From assembly GCA_965228855.1 (NCBI GenBank), contig CBDDIJ010000002.1, positions 1,856,001 through 1,920,000 of the forward strand: DNA of 64,000 bases, read 5' to 3'. This document shows, piece after piece, positions 28,399-37,375 of the stretch (the stretch's first letter is position 1; the number at the start of each line of letters is the position of its first letter). This DNA is from Candidatus Obscuribacterales bacterium (GTDB lineage Bacteria > Cyanobacteriota > Vampirovibrionia > Obscuribacterales > Obscuribacteraceae). A program made the position numbers and the translations under genes. The notes beneath the pieces were generated by a model. It was given only the letters and a program-made list of their open reading frames with translations, made no database searches and had not been told where the DNA came from.

Positions 28399-29607
28399 TT
28401 ACCATTGCCAGGGAACATTGACGGGTTCATGCTTTCGCTTAGTTAATCGTTCAATAAAGGAACGGTATTCGTCGCGCTGACCCTGCAGTATCGCCAGAGC
28501 CTCTGCGCTGGTTGGCAGTTCAATCACAGGCGATGGAGCGAGTCTCACGTCTCGAACCCCGTGTATCAATGGCTCATTTGTCGCCGGCTGAACTCTGGGG
28601 TTAACTGCCTTATCGAATTTTTGAATCAGGGAGGTTATGAGTTCTTGTCCTCTGACACTGGTTGCTTGGAGGCGGGCGAGCAGGAGGTTCTCAGGGCGCA
28701 TCTCCTTCATGCTCTTCGTGATCTCGGATACTGAGCCGGCACTCAGGTATTGATTTGCAAGCTCTAGCAACTCGGTCTCTCCGAAAAGTCCGGCGTTGTC
28801 GCGCACACTCTCCAGGTCTTTGCGAAAGTCTTCGTACAGTCCCAGGTTGAAGTTGATAAGCGCGCGAGCTCCGTGTGCCGCAGGGTTGAATGGCAACCAG
28901 CGCAAGACGTCATCAACGGCAGCACGCGCGAGGTCATAGCGGCGCTGGTCGTAGAGGTCGAAACAATATCCGGAGAGGTATGAAATTCGATTTTCTGGCT
29001 TGAAATATCGAAATTTCTCAATCCACGTTTTGTTTAAACGCGCGGATAGTTCAGAAATTCCATGCTGAGTGACAAGCGGCATGTCGTAAGAAATCAGCTG
29101 CAACGATCGAGCGAATCCAAGTTGAGCAAAGTCTCGATCATCAGCCTTTGAAGATGCAAGGCGCAAAGTCAGCAGCTCCGGAAGTTGCGAGATGATCGAC
29201 ATCGTCCCGCCTCGTAGATTTTCGCCTGCTGCTTCGAGGTAAGTCAGCTTCGGCATATTCAACAGCATGGAGAAACCGTCATCACCAGCCACGGTTGATA
29301 CAATGTGCAAACCGGATAACTGCGTTAATCCGCTCAGGTGGCGAAGACCCTCGCTTCCAACTGCGGCATTATCGAGCGCCAACCAATCGAGCGACTTCAG
29401 TTTGCCAATGTGTTTCAAGCCATCGTTCGATATTCGTGTGTCGAGAAGGTGAAGCTCCTTCAACTTTGTGCAGCGCGAAATCAACTCTGCACCTGCGTCT
29501 GTCACACCAGGACCATAAATAACCAGGCTTCGAAACTTGGGTAGGTCCTCAATGCGATTTTGGAGATCGTTGTCTGTCCACGTGCCGATGAACGCGTCAA
29601 TTGCCAT
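28399..29607 (-). CDS. Leucine-rich repeat + TPR protein
   Basis: LRRs LKELHLLDTRISNDGLKHI and LDWLALDNAAVGSEGL; TPR-like YDLARAAVDDVL..PFNPAAHGARA; GGAGG RBS. Confidence 0.8.
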   Translation of the reverse strand: MAIDAFIGTWTDNDLQNRIEDLPKFRSLVIYGPGVTDAGAELISRCTKLKELHLLDTRISNDGLKHIGKLKSLDWLALDNAAVGSEGLRHLSGLTQLSGLHIVSTVAGDDGFSMLLNMPKLTYLEAAGENLRGGTMSIISQLPELLTLRLASSKADDRDFAQLGFARSLQLISYDMPLVTQHGISELSARLNKTWIEKFRYFKPENRISYLSGYCFDLYDQRRYDLARAAVDDVLRWLPFNPAAHGARALINFNLGLYEDFRKDLESVRDNAGLFGETELLELANQYLSAGSVSEITKSMKEMRPENLLLARLQATSVRGQELITSLIQKFDKAVNPRVQPATNEPLIHGVRDVRLAPSPVIELPTSAEALAILQGQRDEYRSFIERLTKRKHEPVNVPWQW

Positions 29608-29738
29608 AACGCAGCCTCCATAAGTCTGTGGGACTCCACCATGGCCGATATACCCAAATTTTGGCTGATTTCAGGCTTCTGTGACTGTGTGTAAATGGGA
29701 ATATTGGAGAGGAGTATGCTGACTGCAAAATACTTTCT

Positions 29739-32165
29739 ATGTCAGATGTCAGAAATGTGTGTCCGAAGTGTCGTCGTCCGCTCAGCGCGGATGGCTCAAT
29801 CACGCAGTGGATTGCATTGTGTAGCTGTGACAGTGCACCACGAGCGGTGCCTGCCGCTGAAGAGATGGAACCTGTAAACCTCTGTCTGAAGTGCGGTAAG
29901 CGCAGTGCTGCTGGTCGCGCTGGTAGTTTCACTCAGTGGATTCTCAGAAGTGATACGTGCGTCTGCGAAGCTCCTGAGCTTGCCTCGGCAATTGATTCAG
30001 CCGTGGCTGCGAGCCAATCTACTGCGCAGGAATCAAATTCCGAAGAAACCGCTTTTGAGGAAGCTGAGCTGAAACTTGACCCGCTGACCTTTCCGCTCGA
30101 GCGATACAAACCTCTCGCGTTGCTCGGGCAAGGAACCTCTGGTCGCGTCTATCGATGTAGTGATAGACTTCTCGGAAAGCATGTTGCCGTTAAATGTTTA
30201 AACGCTGTCACTCCACAGCAGTTGATCTCGTTTCAGCAGGAGGCGAGGGCGACTAGCTTATTGACCCATCCTGGTGTTGTCTCCGTTATGGATTTCGGCA
30301 GTACCGCCGATGGTGCTCCTTTCATGGTGCTGGAGTATTTTGCAGGTCAAAGCCTGCAGCACCTATTAGAAACACACGGACCATTGTCTCAGAGACTAGC
30401 TCTTCAGCTATTCATCCGCATCGTCGAAGCTCTTAAATATGCTCACTCAAAAAATGTTTTTCATCGTGACCTGAAGAGTTCGAATATTCTTTTGACCTTA
30501 AATGATGATGACCAATTCGATGTCCGGATTATAGACTTTGGCATTGCTTCTATTAAGGACACTGGTCAAAATGGCACCGCTTCCGGTGGCGAATCCATAA
30601 TCGGAACACCGGCTTACATGGCGCCTGATCAGGCACGGGGATTGCCTTTCGATGAGCGTTCCGAGATCTACAACCTGGGTTGCGTGATGTTTGAAGCGCT
30701 CACGGGGCGTCCGCCATTTTTAAGCGAAACTGCTCTGGAGACTATTCGCATGCATGCTCAGGAGAAGGTTCCCGAATTGGGCGAGATGCGCCCCGACCTC
30801 AATTTCGACCGCATCCAGTCGCTGATTTCTAAATGTCTGGAAAAGGAACCGGCTAATAGATTTCAATCGATGGCGGAATTGCTTCCGGCTTTAGAGTCTC
30901 TGCAATTGAGGTCCGCAAGCGATAGCGCTTCAATTGAACGGAAAAGCGCCGGCCCTCAGAATCCGTATGTCGCGGTTGTTGCCGTGCTTCTTTTTTTCTC
31001 GGGTTTGCTAGTTCTTTTTGCGATGAAGCAAAACGTCGACCGCAAGTCGCAGAGCGAGCAACAACTCGCGTCGCAGAAGGCTGCGAAGTTACGAGTTGAA
31101 AGCTCCGCCGCTCGACTATCGAATCTATTTCAAGAAGATAACGGAAGCTTCTGGTCCACGAGCGAAGAGATTACGGACGACGACATCGTGGCTCTTTGTC
31201 GGAAACGAGGGGAATCCATAAAATGTCTGACCCTTCATTCGCCGGCTCTGGATCCGAAGGTCCGAATCTCGAAGAGAGGCTGGGGAGCGCTGGCGAGGAC
31301 AAATGTCACTGAGCTTGTTCTGAGTCAATGCGGACTGACTGATGATGAGCTTCAGTACATTGCAAAAATCAAGTCGCTCGTTGACCTCAATATTAGTCGA
31401 AACAAAATTTCTAACAGGGGAATTGCCTATCTCGCTAACCACCCTGCGATAGGCTCACTGACCTTGTCCGACACTCTAGTGGACGATCTGTGCATAGACA
31501 CGATAAGAACTATACCGGGTCTTCGTCATCTCGATATAGAGGATACCCAGCTCAGTGACATTGGCTTAAAAGGTCTCAGGAACTCGCCATTGTCATCGCT
31601 GAGCATCGGCTCAACTAAAGTCACGGATGCGGGAATGCAATTTATAGCAGAGATGCCTGGCTTACAGGGTCTGTACCTGGAGCACCTCAATTTGACTGAT
31701 GAAGGATTGCGGCATCTCGCTCGTCTGCCGCTCTCTCGTTTATCGGTCGATTCGCAGGCGAATTTTGACGACTCATCGCTTCAACTTATCGTGAACTCTT
31801 TTCCTAATCTAACGGTTTTGCTCTTGAGTGAAACCAAAGTTACCGGCCGGGGACTGCTGCTGTTGCCTCAGCTCAAAGAGCTCGAGAGGCTTTCCTGCAT
31901 CAACCTTCGACTTACTGACGAGACTGCCGCGCCGATTTTTCAATTGAAGAAATTAAACGACCTGTCGATCTCAATCAACAAAATTACGGACAAATCAGTT
32001 TTTAAAATGGCGGAGCTTCCAGAGCTTGAAGTTGTTGTGCTTAGTGATTGCCCAGTCACGGAGACAGGCTTGGCGCGTCTGCGCGCGCGTAAAATTCGAT
32101 ACGAAGTTACCCAAACACCGAGTTCAGGCTACGAGATCATAAATATGTTTGGCGACTCTGACTAG
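29739..32165 (+). CDS. Hanks-type Ser/Thr kinase with Cys-rich N-terminus, TM helix and C-terminal LRR domain
   Basis: GQGTSG, VAVK, HRDLKSSN, DFG, GTPAYMAPD; TM YVAVVAVLLFFSGLLVLFAM; about 10 LRRs. Confidence 0.93.
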   Translation: MSDVRNVCPKCRRPLSADGSITQWIALCSCDSAPRAVPAAEEMEPVNLCLKCGKRSAAGRAGSFTQWILRSDTCVCEAPELASAIDSAVAASQSTAQESNSEETAFEEAELKLDPLTFPLERYKPLALLGQGTSGRVYRCSDRLLGKHVAVKCLNAVTPQQLISFQQEARATSLLTHPGVVSVMDFGSTADGAPFMVLEYFAGQSLQHLLETHGPLSQRLALQLFIRIVEALKYAHSKNVFHRDLKSSNILLTLNDDDQFDVRIIDFGIASIKDTGQNGTASGGESIIGTPAYMAPDQARGLPFDERSEIYNLGCVMFEALTGRPPFLSETALETIRMHAQEKVPELGEMRPDLNFDRIQSLISKCLEKEPANRFQSMAELLPALESLQLRSASDSASIERKSAGPQNPYVAVVAVLLFFSGLLVLFAMKQNVDRKSQSEQQLASQKAAKLRVESSAARLSNLFQEDNGSFWSTSEEITDDDIVALCRKRGESIKCLTLHSPALDPKVRISKRGWGALARTNVTELVLSQCGLTDDELQYIAKIKSLVDLNISRNKISNRGIAYLANHPAIGSLTLSDTLVDDLCIDTIRTIPGLRHLDIEDTQLSDIGLKGLRNSPLSSLSIGSTKVTDAGMQFIAEMPGLQGLYLEHLNLTDEGLRHLARLPLSRLSVDSQANFDDSSLQLIVNSFPNLTVLLLSETKVTGRGLLLLPQLKELERLSCINLRLTDETAAPIFQLKKLNDLSISINKITDKSVFKMAELPELEVVVLSDCPVTETGLARLRARKIRYEVTQTPSSGYEIINMFGDSD

Positions 32166-32188
32166 AGGAATGAAACTCATCTCGCTGA

Positions 32189-33101
32189 GCCTATCGGCCA
32201 ATCGTTGGAACTCCACTGTATATGTCGCCGGATCAAGCTCTTGGACTGGCTTTTGATGAGCGTTCCGAAGTTTACAACCTGGGATGTGTGATGTTTGAAA
32301 TGCTCACAGGTCGTGTCCCTTTCGACGGTGAAACGGCTATGGAGATTATAGGCAAGCACGCCAGTGAAAAACCTCCTCGCCTGACCGACGTCAACGAAGA
32401 CTACCAGGCGAGCCCGGAAATAGAATCACTTGTGGCGAAGTGTTTGGAGAAGGAGCCTGATAAGCGCTTTCAATCAATGTCTGATTTAATCGCGGCGCTG
32501 AAGACAATCGATTTTAAAAATCATGAGCTTGAGGTGGCAAAATCGGACAGTACTGGGTTCAAAAGGGTTGGTGTAGGTGTCGGGATCTTACTAGCGCTTA
32601 CTGCAGTCGGTGGATATTGGTATCACAAGCGATACCATTGATTTGGTGATCAGATCGTTTCCCGAGTTAACTCAATTGAACCTGGAAGGAGCTGTGTTGA
32701 GTCCTGGTAGTTGGCAGAAGTTGTCGAAGCTAGAGAAACTGCGGTCCCTTTCCTTGGAAGCAACGAACCTCACAGACAAGACAGCCTATCCGGTTCTAAA
32801 CTTGCGCGCGTTGGAAAGCCTAACCTTGAACGAAACTGACATAAGCGATAGCACGGTTGCAAGATTAGCTCAGATGCCGAAGCTACTTCATGTGGAACTG
32901 ATTGATTGTCGCAACACTAGTCGGCAGGGGCTGAAACCGCTCATTGAGAGGGGCATTCAGTTCAGTTCCGAGCACGAGCTTAAGCCGACCGAGGCGAGCA
33001 TGATGGATGACATGATTGCGGAGGAACTCGAAGGTCATCGCATTGATTGTCTTCCTGTGCGATTGGTATTATTCATCTCGCGTTTGTCTACGACACATTG
33101 A
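32189..33101 (+). pseudogene. Decayed paralog of the kinase-TM-LRR gene
   Basis: Begins at kinase subdomain VIII (IVGTPLYMSPDQ) just after an in-frame TGA at 32186. It runs through the C-lobe and TM, then shifts frame near 32620 into terminal LRRs (IDLVIRSFPEL vs LQLIVNSFPNL in the neighbour). Confidence 0.75.
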
Positions 33102-33262
33102 CGATTTTTCGAAAATCCGGCAACGCACGATAGCCAAAATCGGTCAGCGATTGAGGACGGTTCCCAGAACCCAGTCTGCGGAAGGCTCCGCAAAGAATCA
33201 TGTCCTGTCTCCTATAGTAGGAAGTCTGGGCTGACACCGACTCGTTGCTGGAATCTCACAAA

Positions 33263-33559
33263 TCAGTCTTTCTTGGGTTTGTTGATCAATTCTGTCAGCG
33301 AATCGATGATTACCTTGTCGGCTTTATGTTGCCAGTCAAGCGCTGTAAGCAATTCCGACCTGGACATCAAACCCTTGGACAAGATCAGCTCGCCGAGCGG
33401 CTTACCTGAATGCTCCTGCTCTTTGATCAAGTCTTCCAGTTGGTTGACGTTTATTTTTCCGTGCTTCAAAAGAATTTCGCCGAGCTTCTCGGGACGAGTG
33501 AGAATATCCCACTTTTCTTCTTCGCTAAGACCGAACTGAACAGATTCTTGCTCGCTCAT
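33263..33559 (-). CDS. Stand-alone MshEN-like (putative c-di-GMP-binding) small protein
   Basis: Two tandem 24-aa motifs, KLGEILLKHGKINVNQLEDLIKEQ and PLGELILSKGLMSRSELLTALDWQ, joined by a 5-aa linker. Confidence 0.75.
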   Translation of the reverse strand: MSEQESVQFGLSEEEKWDILTRPEKLGEILLKHGKINVNQLEDLIKEQEHSGKPLGELILSKGLMSRSELLTALDWQHKADKVIIDSLTELINKPKKD

Positions 33560-33679
33560 ATAGGTTTAAACCTCACTGTGCGTTTCTCATTGTATGGCTA
33601 AAGGCGGCGTTGACGCGGTTCAGGTTAGAGAATTCGAATCTTGAAAAGTCGAGGACCTGAACCGGTTGCCGGTTAATGG

Positions 33680-34651
33680 TTAAGCAGTCGCTGGTTTGAT
33701 CACTTTGGGACGCTTAGCCTGTATTTCACGCCAGTATGCAAGCAGGGCGCTGGCGTTGAAAATTGATGAGTATGTTCCGGAGATGATTCCGATCAACATC
33801 GCAAACACGAAGTCTTTGGTTGTGACTCCGCCCAGGAAGTACAAACTTGCCAGAGTGAAGATAACCGTCAGTGATGTTGCCAGAGAGCGGAAAAGGGTCT
33901 GGTTGACACTGTCATTGGCAACGTCGCCAAACGATCTCTTGCGCTCTTCCCCGGTTTTTGGATCTTTGTATTTCGCGCCAACATATTTAGCGTTCTCGCG
34001 AATTCTGTCGAATACGACGATGGTGTCGTGAACGGAGAATCCGATGACGGTCAGGATCGCCGAAATAAACAAACTATCTACTTCGGTGCCCATGAATTTG
34101 CCGAATAGCGCGTAGAAGCCGACCAGCACGATTACATCATGGAAGAGCGCGGCAATCGCGCAGAGAGCGTAGTCGAACTGGTAGCGATATGAGATGTACG
34201 CGACCATGGCTGCCAGCGTCACGAATAGTGCCAGAAGTCCATTTGTGAGTAGCTCGGGACCGATTGTCGCAGTCACCTTATCTACCGACAATGCCTGGAA
34301 CGGACCGCATTGCTTTTCAAGCTCGGCATCCAGTTTTTTCTTTTCGGCTTCGTCATCGATTGCCTTTGTCCGCATTACGATCACTTCTTTGCCTGAGATA
34401 AACGCTTTCTGCACTTGCGATCCATGCAGATCGACCTCTTCAAGAACGTGGCGAACCTGATCCAGTTCAAGCGGTTTCTCGAATTGGTATTGAAGAATCG
34501 AGCCGCCGGTGAAGTCAATTCCAGGTTTCAGCGGCGCGCCGAATGTCATCATGCAGAGGATGATTCCGATTACTCCTGGAATTGTCAGAAGTGCCGAAAT
34601 GCCAAACCAGATTTTTCTGTATTTAACGATGTCTACGTGTGGAAGTTTCAC
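33680..34651 (-). CDS. secF: Protein translocase subunit SecF
   Basis: GIDFTGG, IGPEL, ALFHDV, IGFSVHDTIVVFDRIREN, GTYSSIF. Confidence 0.97.
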   Translation of the reverse strand: MKLPHVDIVKYRKIWFGISALLTIPGVIGIILCMMTFGAPLKPGIDFTGGSILQYQFEKPLELDQVRHVLEEVDLHGSQVQKAFISGKEVIVMRTKAIDDEAEKKKLDAELEKQCGPFQALSVDKVTATIGPELLTNGLLALFVTLAAMVAYISYRYQFDYALCAIAALFHDVIVLVGFYALFGKFMGTEVDSLFISAILTVIGFSVHDTIVVFDRIRENAKYVGAKYKDPKTGEERKRSFGDVANDSVNQTLFRSLATSLTVIFTLASLYFLGGVTTKDFVFAMLIGIISGTYSSIFNASALLAYWREIQAKRPKVIKPATA

Positions 34652-36207
34652 AGCTTTGTAGCCTCCCCTGTCATAACTTGCTGGCTATCATTTTTTTTTT
34701 CATTGCCTTTGCGATCGTATTTATGTCCAAACAGACCCACCTTTCTCGGAATCAAGTGGAGCAGTGTACGAGTCGCGGTAATTGCGGTAAACATGGATAC
34801 CGCCACACCCAATGCCAGGGTAACTGCGAAACCTTTGACCACCGAGGTGCCGAACATCATCAACACCGCGCAGGCGATCAAACTGTTTGCGTTACTGTCC
34901 CAGATCGCTGAGAAAGCCAGTCTGAAGCCAGTTTCAATAGCCGTATAGAGTGACTTGCCGTGGTCCAATTCCTCTTTCGTTCGTTCGAAAATTAGAATGT
35001 TGGCGTCGACCGCCATACCGATAGATAGAATGAAACCCGCAATACCAGCCAGTGTTAGCGTGACCGGTATGTAGGCAAATATCGCCAGTGTCGCGATAGT
35101 GTAGAGAATGAGCGCGATGTCTGCTACGACGCCGGGCAGCCCGTAGAGCACGATCATGAAGATCATGACGGCTGCGATACCGATGAGACCGGCAATCAAA
35201 CTCTTGTCGATTGAGTCTTGTCCGAGAGTGGCGCCGACAGTTCTCTCTTCCAAAATAGTGATGGGAACTGGCAGAGCGCCTGCGTTCAGCTTGACTGCAA
35301 GGTCGACAGCTTGATCCTTCGTGAAAGAACCGGTGATTTCACCGTGTCCTCCGAGAATCGGTTCGCGAACGGTCACGCCGTTGTACTCAGCGACGGACAT
35401 CGGGCGTCCATCGGCTCCACGCTCGGTTGGTTCACCATCGAGGAAAATGCCGATTTGTTGTCCGACTAAACGTTTCGTCAGAGCGCCGAACTTCTTCGCG
35501 CCTTCATCTTTGAATTCGAAGTTTACGTGCCATGTGCTGCCACCAGCCATGGGTGTGGCTTGCGCGCGTTTGAAGTCAGCACCTGTTAGTTTGCAGTCTT
35601 TCCAAACTCGCATGCCGTTTTCAACTGCCATCTCTTTGAACTCGAGCAAAGCGGTAGTCCCGATGCGGTCCTTCGCTTGCTGCGGATCTTTGATACCAGG
35701 CATTTCAACAATCAGTCTGTCCTTGCCGGCGCGCTGCACCATCGTCTCAGCAACGCCCAAGCTGTTGATACGGTTGTTGATAACAGTTTCAACACCGTTC
35801 ATGACTTGAGGCGTGATCTCAGGCACCTGGGGCGGTGCCGGGTTCGCTCTCAGCAAAAGTTGGGAGCCGCCGCGGAGGTCGAGACCCAGCTTCAAGCTTG
35901 TAAAAAGGCAGTAGTCCTTTTTGTCCCAGGGCGCTGTGAAGTGCGTGAGAATTTGAATGTTGTTCGCTTTGCCGGCGTTCTCCTTCTCTTGCTTGAGCGC
36001 ATGCTCTTGAGCGTAGAAGTTCATCTTGTCCCAGCCTGGCAGCTGAGTGACGCGCTTTTCCACTTCCGCCGCCACTTCAGACGGAGGAAGATCGCCGAGC
36101 CGCTGCCATTCTTTGACAGTTTCGCTCGGCGCGATCTGGAAGAGGGTGGTCATGGACAAAACGAATGCAAGCAATACTGCAAACGGTTTCCAGTCTAATT
36201 TAGGCAA
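34648..36207 (-). CDS. secD: Protein translocase subunit SecD
   Basis: LGLDLRGG, RINSLGVAE, LNAGALP, GMAVDANILIFER. TTG 36207 follows a GGGAGG RBS; 4-bp overlap with secF. Confidence 0.97.
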   Translation of the reverse strand: MPKLDWKPFAVLLAFVLSMTTLFQIAPSETVKEWQRLGDLPPSEVAAEVEKRVTQLPGWDKMNFYAQEHALKQEKENAGKANNIQILTHFTAPWDKKDYCLFTSLKLGLDLRGGSQLLLRANPAPPQVPEITPQVMNGVETVINNRINSLGVAETMVQRAGKDRLIVEMPGIKDPQQAKDRIGTTALLEFKEMAVENGMRVWKDCKLTGADFKRAQATPMAGGSTWHVNFEFKDEGAKKFGALTKRLVGQQIGIFLDGEPTERGADGRPMSVAEYNGVTVREPILGGHGEITGSFTKDQAVDLAVKLNAGALPVPITILEERTVGATLGQDSIDKSLIAGLIGIAAVMIFMIVLYGLPGVVADIALILYTIATLAIFAYIPVTLTLAGIAGFILSIGMAVDANILIFERTKEELDHGKSLYTAIETGFRLAFSAIWDSNANSLIACAVLMMFGTSVVKGFAVTLALGVAVSMFTAITATRTLLHLIPRKVGLFGHKYDRKGNEKKNDSQQVMTGEATKL

Positions 36208-36517
36208 GGAGCCTCCCAGGCATTGCTGCCTTCTGACGTTCATTTCCAAGAAGGAAGAGTGGCGAAGCTACAGAGTAGGCAACAACAGTCCGCCAACTAT
36301 GTAGTCAACACCAGATTTTAACCGTTCTTTCAATTCCTAAGGATCAATATACAATAGGATCTGCTCTAATCTTCTTTCATCTCGCCGCGCGCGCGAGCTC
36401 GAAGCGCTCTATGTCCGACGGTTGGCAGCTCCGCTCGAAGATACGCGTCGTTACCAAAACGCCAGAATTTGCTCAGGCGCACTTCTGTGCTCTTCGGGGA
36501 TTGTTGAACAGTAACTT

Positions 36518-37219
36518 TTAAACCGTGCAGACCTTGTCGCCACCGCGCTGCATCGCCAGTTCTAGAGCGCGAACTGACTTTTCGATCAATTCGTCATGCT
36601 CACGTGCGTGCGCTGGAAATGCTGCCAGGCCGACCGATGCGGTCACGCGCAGGTTGTGCCAGTTGTGCGTGATCGATTGATTTCCGATACGTTGTCTGAT
36701 TCTTTCGGCAACAATTGAAGCGCCAGAGGCGTTTGTTTCCGGGAAGATAATCGCAAATTCTTCAGCACTGTAGCGCGCCGGGATGTCGACGTCGCGAATG
36801 GCGCCGCGCAGAACGTTGCCCATGACTTTCAGCACGGCGTCGGATGTGAGCGCTCCGTACTGTCTGACGACGTCTTTGAAACCGTCGATTGCCACCATGC
36901 AAAGCGCGACAGGGCGCTTATACCGCTTGGCGCGTTTGAGTTCGTCCTTGATCTCTTTATAAAAAGTGCGAGAGTTGTAGAGCTCGGTGAGGGTGTCGAG
37001 AAGCGCGAGGCGCTCGATTTCTTCGCCTTTTACCGCAGCCAGGCTCTGCTCCGTGCTTGTCAGAAGCGAGCGCTGCTCGAGCTCCTTGACTCGTTCGATA
37101 ACCTGGCTGTCCATGAAGGAACGGGCGCCGGATTGCTTTGCCCGGTTTGGATTGTCGAGAACCCGACAAAACATGCACGTTCTACCGCTACAAATGTGAT
37201 CCGTTCGTCCTACGCTCAT
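36518..37219 (-). CDS. GGDEF domain protein with degenerate active site (SAEEF); start may be 37114
   Basis: LDTLTELYN, ELKRAKRYKRP, AIDGFK, RDVD-IPARY-SAEEF, TASVGLA. Confidence 0.85.
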   Translation of the reverse strand: MSVGRTDHICSGRTCMFCRVLDNPNRAKQSGARSFMDSQVIERVKELEQRSLLTSTEQSLAAVKGEEIERLALLDTLTELYNSRTFYKEIKDELKRAKRYKRPVALCMVAIDGFKDVVRQYGALTSDAVLKVMGNVLRGAIRDVDIPARYSAEEFAIIFPETNASGASIVAERIRQRIGNQSITHNWHNLRVTASVGLAAFPAHAREHDELIEKSVRALELAMQRGGDKVCTV

Positions 37220-37375
37220 GAACTCGACCTTCTTACAAATGGTGCCGAAGCTTAGCTACTATACATGGGATTCTTGCCCCAATTCCCTCCAGGTGAAACC
37301 TGGATGTACGGCATACAAGTATAGATTAAATAAGTGAACCACACTATATCTGGTTTTCAACAGGCGAATATTTCT

